Positions 58,221 through 64,000 of a stretch of 64,000 nt of DNA are shown piece by piece; within the stretch, counting starts at the first letter, position 1, and every line of letters begins with the position of its first letter. Source of the stretch: a virus (lineage: Duplodnaviria; Caudoviricetes); the IMG/VR virus record IMGVR_UViG_3300005200_000008, positions 25,931-89,930 of that record; one strand, given 5' to 3'. Made by a program: the position numbers and the translations under genes. The notes below the pieces were generated by a model that worked only from the letters and a program-made list of their open reading frames with translations, searched no databases and had not been told where the DNA came from.

Positions 58221-59246
58221 ATGACAGAAGTTTTAAGCCAGGACGAAATCGATCAGTTGCTTACTGCCATATGCGCAGGCAATGACGAGCCAGAAGATCA
58301 TCGCCCCGCAAGAGACAGTAGAAAAATAAAAATCTATGATTTTAGGCGCCCTGATAAATTTTCAAAAGAACAGATCAGAACAATCTCTATAATGCACGAA
58401 ACTTTTGCCCGTCTGACAACTACCACTCTTTCAACGCAACTCCGCAGTATGGTTCATGTCCATGTCGCTTCGGTAGACCAATTAACCTACGAGGAGTTTA
58501 TCCGTTCAATACCGACCCCCACGACGTTGGCTATAATCAATTTAGACCCGCTCAGAGGGAATGCCATTCTTGAAATTGATCCCGCCATAACTTTTTCCAT
58601 TATCGACCGAATTTGCGGCGGCCGTGGAGAAGGAAATAAATGCCAGCATGAAATGACCGACATCGAGCAGTCGCTCATGGAAGGGATAATTATTCGACTA
58701 TTGGCAGATGTGAGGGAGGCTTGGACTACCGTTATCGACCTTCGCCCCCGCCTTGGGCAGATCGATACGAACCCGCAGTTCGCACAGATTGTACCCCCTA
58801 CCGAAATGGTCGTCCTTGTTACCCTGGAAACAAAAGTGGGCGATGTGGAAGGGCTGATGAACATTTGCATACCCTACATAGCAATCGAGTCTATAATGGG
58901 TAAATTATCCGCTACTTACTGGTATCACGGCAACAGAGCGGGGCGCGACGAGAATACGGTTGTTGACATCATTAACCATATAGACGAAATGAGTACCACT
59001 ATAGTTGCCGAAGTCGGCAGGGTTGACGTTCCTGTCAGAGACATACTTGCCATTAAGCCCGGCGATGTTTTCAAACTGCCTGTTAAGCAGAATTCCGATT
59101 TACTGGTTAGGGTTGAAGGCAGGCCGAAGTTTGCCTGCCGTCCCGGTATATCGGGGGCTAATAAGGCGATGCAAATCGTAAATAAAATAAATTACTTTCA
59201 AGGAGACGACTATGGCGAACAGCAAGAAGACGGATGCGGCGAATAA
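58221..59246 (+). CDS. fliM: flagellar motor switch protein FliM
   Basis: [51 protein letters not shown]-terminal SPOA domain. Confidence 0.95.
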   Translation: MTEVLSQDEIDQLLTAICAGNDEPEDHRPARDSRKIKIYDFRRPDKFSKEQIRTISIMHETFARLTTTTLSTQLRSMVHVHVASVDQLTYEEFIRSIPTPTTLAIINLDPLRGNAILEIDPAITFSIIDRICGGRGEGNKCQHEMTDIEQSLMEGIIIRLLADVREAWTTVIDLRPRLGQIDTNPQFAQIVPPTEMVVLVTLETKVGDVEGLMNICIPYIAIESIMGKLSATYWYHGNRAGRDENTVVDIINHIDEMSTTIVAEVGRVDVPVRDILAIKPGDVFKLPVKQNSDLLVRVEGRPKFACRPGISGANKAMQIVNKINYFQGDDYGEQQEDGCGE

Positions 59247-59577
59247 TGCTGAAAAGGTACAGAATATACAATTCCCCAGTTTAATACCCGGCCGGCGCGG
59301 AGATGATGCCGACCGTAGCAATATCGGCCTTCTCATGGATGTCCCTATGGAGATGTCCGTAGAACTTGGGCGTACCCGCAAATTGGTGAAAGAAATCCTT
59401 GCAATGGGGGAAGGCACAATCATCGAATTGGACAAACTTGCCGGAGAGCCTGTTGACGTTCTTGTAAACCAGAGGCTTGTAGCCAAAGGCGAGGTTGTGG
59501 TTATTGACGAGAATTTCGGAGTTCGCATTACCGAAATTGTTTCCCCCGGTTTGCTCCAGCCTGCGGTTTCCGAATAG
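59212..59577 (+). CDS. fliN: flagellar motor switch protein FliN (FliY C-terminal-like)
   Basis: [15 protein letters not shown]...[17 protein letters not shown]...[18 protein letters not shown]. Confidence 0.93.
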   Translation: MANSKKTDAANNAEKVQNIQFPSLIPGRRGDDADRSNIGLLMDVPMEMSVELGRTRKLVKEILAMGEGTIIELDKLAGEPVDVLVNQRLVAKGEVVVIDENFGVRITEIVSPGLLQPAVSE

Positions 59578-59585
59578 GAGAAGAA

Positions 59586-60800
59586 ATGGTTTATTACGCC
59601 ATTATTATATCTATTGCCGGTCTTTTGATAGCGTTTTTTATAGCCAGTTATGTTATCGGGCGTAAAAAAAATAAGAATGAAAAACTTCCAGAACAGGATA
59701 AAATAGAGCCGCTTTCAATAACTAAAGACCTTATAAGCGAACAGCCGAAAAATGCTGCCCAACTTATTAGAACCTGGCTTGTGGACAAATCACAAAGCGG
59801 TTGTATGGAATATACCGCTATTCAAAAAGCGGCTATATTTTTTATTACCGTCGGTATTGAGTATTCCTCAATGATATTCCAATATATGCGCGAAGATGAA
59901 ATTGAAACCGTAGTATTTGAAATAACAAGAATTGAATCTGTCGGTTATAATCAGAAATGCGCGATATTAAACGAATTCAATGAATTAATGGAAGCGGGTA
60001 ATCTTGTTTCTAACGGCGGTATTGAGTATGCCCGGGAACTGTTGGAAAAATCGTTAGGCTGTCAAAAAGCAATAGATATTCTTAATCGTTTAACATCCGG
60101 TTTGCAGATACGCCCTTTTGACTTTATACGCCGCGCCGACCCTTCGTACCTTATAAATTTTATCCAGCAGGAACACCCGCAGATTATAGCCCTTATTCTT
60201 TCGCATTTGGAACCGAGCAAGGCTTCTAAAATTTTGGAAAATTTACCGCACGAAGTACAAAGCGATGTCGCACGGCGCATTGCGATAATGGACAGAACAA
60301 GCCCTGAAACATTGCGGGAAATAGAGCGGGTACTCGAAAGGAAACTTTCAACCCTGTCAAGCGAAGATTACGCTACCGTCGGCGGCGTGGAAAGCATTGT
60401 GGAAATCCTCAATTTGGTTGATCGCGCTTCGGAGAAGCAGATTATTGAATCGTTAGAAGACGAAGACCCCGAACTTGCCGAAGAAATTAAAAAACGGATG
60501 TTTGTGTTTGAAGACATTATTATGCTGGACGATCAAGCTGTTCAGAAGTTTATGCGGGAAGTGGATACGCCGGAACTTGCCAAAGCCTTGAAAACAGTCG
60601 ATTCGGAAGTGCAAAACAAAATATTCAACAACATGAGCAAAAGCGCCGCCGCTTCGCTCAGGGAAGATATAGAGCATATGGGGCCTGTTCGCTTAAAAGA
60701 CATTGAAGAAGTCCAACAGAAAATTGTCTCAATAATCAGGCATTTGGAAGACGAAGGCGAGATTGTTATTTTAAGAGCCGGCGAAGACGAACTTGTATAA
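59586..60800 (+). CDS. fliG: FliG with N-terminal TM helix and FliF-C-terminal-like segment
   Basis: QKAAIF, GGIEYARELL, EHPQIIALILSHL, GGVESIVEIL, MFVFEDI, GPVRLKD; N-terminal YYAIIISIAGLLIAFFIA and PKNAAQLIRTWL. Confidence 0.92.
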   Translation: MVYYAIIISIAGLLIAFFIASYVIGRKKNKNEKLPEQDKIEPLSITKDLISEQPKNAAQLIRTWLVDKSQSGCMEYTAIQKAAIFFITVGIEYSSMIFQYMREDEIETVVFEITRIESVGYNQKCAILNEFNELMEAGNLVSNGGIEYARELLEKSLGCQKAIDILNRLTSGLQIRPFDFIRRADPSYLINFIQQEHPQIIALILSHLEPSKASKILENLPHEVQSDVARRIAIMDRTSPETLREIERVLERKLSTLSSEDYATVGGVESIVEILNLVDRASEKQIIESLEDEDPELAEEIKKRMFVFEDIIMLDDQAVQKFMREVDTPELAKALKTVDSEVQNKIFNNMSKSAAASLREDIEHMGPVRLKDIEEVQQKIVSIIRHLEDEGEIVILRAGEDELV

Positions 60801-60909
60801 ACGTTCAAAAATTTTCAACGGTTTATCGGCTTTTCCGTGATTTGATCGGAAGTCCTTATTAATGGCTATAATTTTCTCTTTAATCAAAAGTATCGGAGTT
60901 AATAGGTAA

Positions 60910-61677
60910 ATGGATAAAATCGGCCCTTGTAAAAAATGCGGAGGGACTAATTATTTCGCAAAACACGTCGGCAAAGAAGACGGTTATTTGAACGACGAAA
61001 GCTATAAAATAAAATGTCGTTCCTGCGGTCATATAGTCGTGTCCGAAGTCTCGGCCGAAAATGCTATTAAAGAATGGAACACATGGGAAACCGGGCCTGA
61101 ACTGCCGCCAGACCCGAACATACCAATATCCCCTGACGGTAAATTTCAAATATACAGGGTGCAAGTAAAGCGTGAAGGCGTACACAAAATTATATACGTC
61201 GTGCCGTGTACGGCAGATTCTACCGGCCACGGCGATACGCTTCACGACGATTTGCAAGAAGCGATAAAGGTAGCAGATTTTAACCGCAAAAAAGCCGAAG
61301 AAAGGGAAAAGAGGGAAGCCGAAGAAAAAATCAACAGGGTGAAGCGCATAGAAGAACAGAAAAAACGCGAGTATATGTACGGTTTCGGCGACGATCTTCC
61401 CCCTATCAGGAAAGGGAAAATTATACAGCATATGCAGAAGGTATGGAATTTTACGGAAGCCTCGATAAACAAAACCATGACCATGAAGGATTTCATTCAT
61501 TTTGTATACCTTCAAGGCAATCCTGAAATGAAAATAATAACGGAAAAATATGATGCCCGGGGGCATGAACGGGCGGAGCCGAAACTTACTTATTGCATAA
61601 ACCGAACAGAGGTCGGAAAAATCGCTTACGATTATTTGCAATACCTTATTAAAAACAAAATAAAGGTAGAGGGCTGA
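60910..61677 (+). CDS. hypothetical protein with Lar-like Zn finger
   Basis: PCKKCGG...KCRSCG...AIKEWN. Confidence 0.5.
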   Translation: MDKIGPCKKCGGTNYFAKHVGKEDGYLNDESYKIKCRSCGHIVVSEVSAENAIKEWNTWETGPELPPDPNIPISPDGKFQIYRVQVKREGVHKIIYVVPCTADSTGHGDTLHDDLQEAIKVADFNRKKAEEREKREAEEKINRVKRIEEQKKREYMYGFGDDLPPIRKGKIIQHMQKVWNFTEASINKTMTMKDFIHFVYLQGNPEMKIITEKYDARGHERAEPKLTYCINRTEVGKIAYDYLQYLIKNKIKVEG

Positions 61678-61679
61678 TT

Positions 61680-62297
61680 TTGAATTTGCCGGGTTCCGCG
61701 CTTTCAGGCGGCAAGTCAACAAGCCGCGAGCGCGTCAAGGATGATTTTTATGCTACCCCGATAGAAGCGACATTGGCGTTACTTGATCATGAAACTTTTA
61801 CAGGTTCTATATTGGAACCCGCCTGCGGCCAGGGGCATATTGTTAAAGCGCTGAAAATGAGATACCCGGGCGCGATGATCCGCAGTTCAGATTTGGTATT
61901 AAGGGATGATGTTTTTAATTTATCAAATACGCAGGAATACGGTTTATTTTTAGAAGCCGATTTTTTAGGGAATACGTTTTTTACCGGCTGCATTGATAAC
62001 GTTATAACAAACCCGCCGTTTTCGCTTGCTCAGTCGTTTATTGAAAAGGCTCTTGATGTCGCAAGAATGAAAGTTGCCATGTTCTGTAAAATCCAACTTC
62101 TCGAAGGCGTAGCGAGAAAAGATATGTTTGAGAATACGCCGCTTAAAACGGTTTATGTTTTCAGCAAGCGGGTTAATCCTTTAAGAAACGGGGAAGAACT
62201 TGACGAGAACGGAAAACCCTGGGCGAGTACCATGTGCTTCGCTTGGTTCGTATGGGATAAGGAATACAAACACAAGCCCGTAATCGAATGGATTTAA
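61680..62297 (+). CDS. phage N6-adenine DNA methyltransferase-like protein
   Basis: DDFYATP, ILEPACGQGH, VITNPPF, FAWFVW; TTG start. Confidence 0.8.
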   Translation: MNLPGSALSGGKSTSRERVKDDFYATPIEATLALLDHETFTGSILEPACGQGHIVKALKMRYPGAMIRSSDLVLRDDVFNLSNTQEYGLFLEADFLGNTFFTGCIDNVITNPPFSLAQSFIEKALDVARMKVAMFCKIQLLEGVARKDMFENTPLKTVYVFSKRVNPLRNGEELDENGKPWASTMCFAWFVWDKEYKHKPVIEWI

Positions 62298-62304
62298 TGT
62301 AAAG

Positions 62305-62829
62305 ATGAAGCAGGCAATTATCAACTATGCAAAAAATGAAAAGTCCGATCATTTTATAACGCCTGCTTACGCGATAACGCCTCTGCTCCCTTACATACCG
62401 AAGCATTGGAAGATCTGGGAATGTACCGATACGAAAGGCGACAGCCTTATACCGGATATACTGCGGGAGCGTGGGTGCGACGTTGTATCTACGGGAATGG
62501 ACAAATTGAATTTTCTTTTTGACAAGCCCGATTTCGATTTTGACTGCATTATTACAAACCCGCCTTATACGTTAAAAGACGAATTTATCAAACAGTGTTA
62601 CCGGTATAAAAAGCCCTGGGCGATGCTCATGCCTTTGACTACTTTGGAAGGCGTGGAAAGGGGTAAGTGGTTCGGTTTTTACGGTATAGAACTTTTGGTT
62701 TTTGACAAGCGGGTTGAATTTGTGGGAGGGGGCGCGTGTTGGTTTTCTACAGGCTGGTTCTGCCATAATATTTTGCCGGAAAAACTTATGTTTGTCAACC
62801 TTGAAAAGCCAAAAAAAGAAAGGCTTTAG
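62305..62829 (+). CDS. phage adenine methyltransferase-like protein
   Basis: DHFITP, IWECTD, IITNPPY. Confidence 0.75.
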   Translation: MKQAIINYAKNEKSDHFITPAYAITPLLPYIPKHWKIWECTDTKGDSLIPDILRERGCDVVSTGMDKLNFLFDKPDFDFDCIITNPPYTLKDEFIKQCYRYKKPWAMLMPLTTLEGVERGKWFGFYGIELLVFDKRVEFVGGGACWFSTGWFCHNILPEKLMFVNLEKPKKERL

Positions 62830-62890
62830 AATTTGGAAAATTATGTGATGTGTTTCAGCTTTTTTATTTTTTAATCGGAAGTCCTTATGT

Positions 62891-64000
62891 ATGGATCGGA
62901 AAATAATCTATCAGGTAGAATCTGGCTCCCAACTGTACGGCACGTCTACGCCGGCTTCCGACACCGATTATTCCTCGGTTTTCATGCCTACGCCTTATGA
63001 TTTGTTTTCGCTTCAAAAATGCGAGTACATAGACAACAGCACCAAGAACTCGGCAAGTAACCGGCGCAATACCGCCGACGACGTGGACGATCAAATGTAT
63101 TCGATAAGCCGGTATCTCCATCTTGTTTTAAACGGCAATCCGAACCTGATAGAAATTCTTTTTTGCAATAAGCCGGTTATTGAAGAACCGGTATTTACCG
63201 AAATAAAAAAGAATTATCAAAAACTGCTATCCAAAAGGATTTATGATTCGTTTACCGGTTTTGCCATAAGCCAGAGAAGGAAACTGGAATATAAAGCCCT
63301 GCGTTTTGGCCAGTTGAGAAAAACTTTAAAATGGCTTGAAGAAAACAGATCGGCGGTTGTCGCGGATCCGTCTGCCCAAATGAGCTTGGAAGACGCCGAT
63401 ACGCTCAATTCAATGCTTTCCGAATACAAGGGTGATAAAAGCAACAAACAGCATTTCCATGAAAATCTGCCTTGGAAAATAATTTATGAGAAAATTAAAA
63501 AGGAATATGAAACCTACGGTTGGCGTGTAAAAACAGACACGTTTGAAACGCTCGGTTATGACGTGAAATTCGCTTCCCATGCCATACGGCTTTTCCATGA
63601 AGGGAAACAACTCATGCTGACCGGCAGATTGGAGTTTCCTATTACTGGTCAGCCTTACGACGATATTATGTCTATTCGGCGCGGTGAAGTTTCACTGGAA
63701 TCTTTTTACAACGTTTGCGACCGCTATGAAGAAGAGAACCGGCAAGCGAAAGAAAAGTCAATCCTTCCCGAACAGGCAGATTGGAAATGGGCGAACCAAT
63801 ATCTTGTTGACACGCTGGAAAAGCATATTGTACGCCTGTCGAAATTTGGCGACAAGCCGAATTGCTGGAATTGCAAATTTTCAGAAGAGACCGGCAACGA
63901 GGTATGGCCTATCAGATGTAAGGTTCCGGGATTAAATCCTGTTAATATCCGAAAAAACGCGAAAATTCTTCAAGAAGGAGAGTATTGCCGGGGTTTTGCA
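62891..64000 (+). CDS. DNA polymerase beta-superfamily nucleotidyltransferase (runs off window end; not in ORF track)
   Basis: MDRKIIYQVESGSQLYGTSTPASDTD, NGNPNLIEILF, GYDVKFASHAIRL; no stop before base 64000. Confidence 0.85.
   Translation, partial: MDRKIIYQVESGSQLYGTSTPASDTDYSSVFMPTPYDLFSLQKCEYIDNSTKNSASNRRNTADDVDDQMYSISRYLHLVLNGNPNLIEILFCNKPVIEEPVFTEIKKNYQKLLSKRIYDSFTGFAISQRRKLEYKALRFGQLRKTLKWLEENRSAVVADPSAQMSLEDADTLNSMLSEYKGDKSNKQHFHENLPWKIIYEKIKKEYETYGWRVKTDTFETLGYDVKFASHAIRLFHEGKQLMLTGRLEFPITGQPYDDIMSIRRGEVSLESFYNVCDRYEEENRQAKEKSILPEQADWKWANQYLVDTLEKHIVRLSKFGDKPNCWNCKFSEETGNEVWPIRCKVPGLNPVNIRKNAKILQEGEYCRGFA

Noticed and set aside
58123-60800. tRNA-Gly as an attachment site with fli genes being flanking host chromosome
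   Set aside because: Phage-type genes and the phage CGGAAGT motif resume immediately after fliG, the gene order is not that of host fla operons, and no integrase or duplicated tRNA end was seen. An assembly chimera cannot be excluded without reads.
1-64000. CRISPR array
   Set aside because: No regularly spaced direct repeats seen; the repeats present are TR/VR, a 35-bp coding duplication and dispersed promoter motifs.
1-64000. Stop-codon reassignment (alternative genetic code)
   Set aside because: Recognisable genes are full length in code 11 and end in TAA, TAG and TGA; no suppressor anticodon was found.

Overview
This is a 64-kb segment of a large contractile-tailed (myovirus-type) phage or prophage, most likely infecting a Treponema-like spirochaete. 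That host call is inferred from FliM/FliY/FliG and BspA-like proteins that resemble treponemal ones. The window carries replication and recombination genes (sliding clamp, clamp loader, primase, SSB, ThyX, SbcC-like ATPase), four DNA methyltransferase-like genes, a lysis module, a terminase, and tail sheath, tube and tape-measure genes. It also has a complete diversity-generating retroelement (Avd-TR-RT) acting on an Mtd-like tail adhesin, about 10 tRNA genes, and an RNA-repair/translation-rescue set (RtcB, Ro60/TROVE, PTH2, a nucleotidyltransferase). Three items stand out. (1) Two tRNA clusters each sit behind a sigma70 promoter, a leaderless leader peptide and a terminator/antiterminator. 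Each leader is enriched in exactly the amino acids of its downstream tRNAs (Ser/Lys/Phe; Leu/Asn/Tyr), which looks like ribosome-mediated attenuation of phage tRNA supply. (2) The Ro60 gene is flanked by at least six Y-like RNAs, three of which are full tRNA cloverleaves with a Ro-binding-like helix in place of the anticodon loop. (3) A phage-borne flagellar switch cassette encodes FliM, FliN and a TM-FliF(C-terminus)-FliG fusion, and a separate protein carries a FliM-type CheY-binding peptide. All product calls come from motif recognition by eye; no database searches were run.
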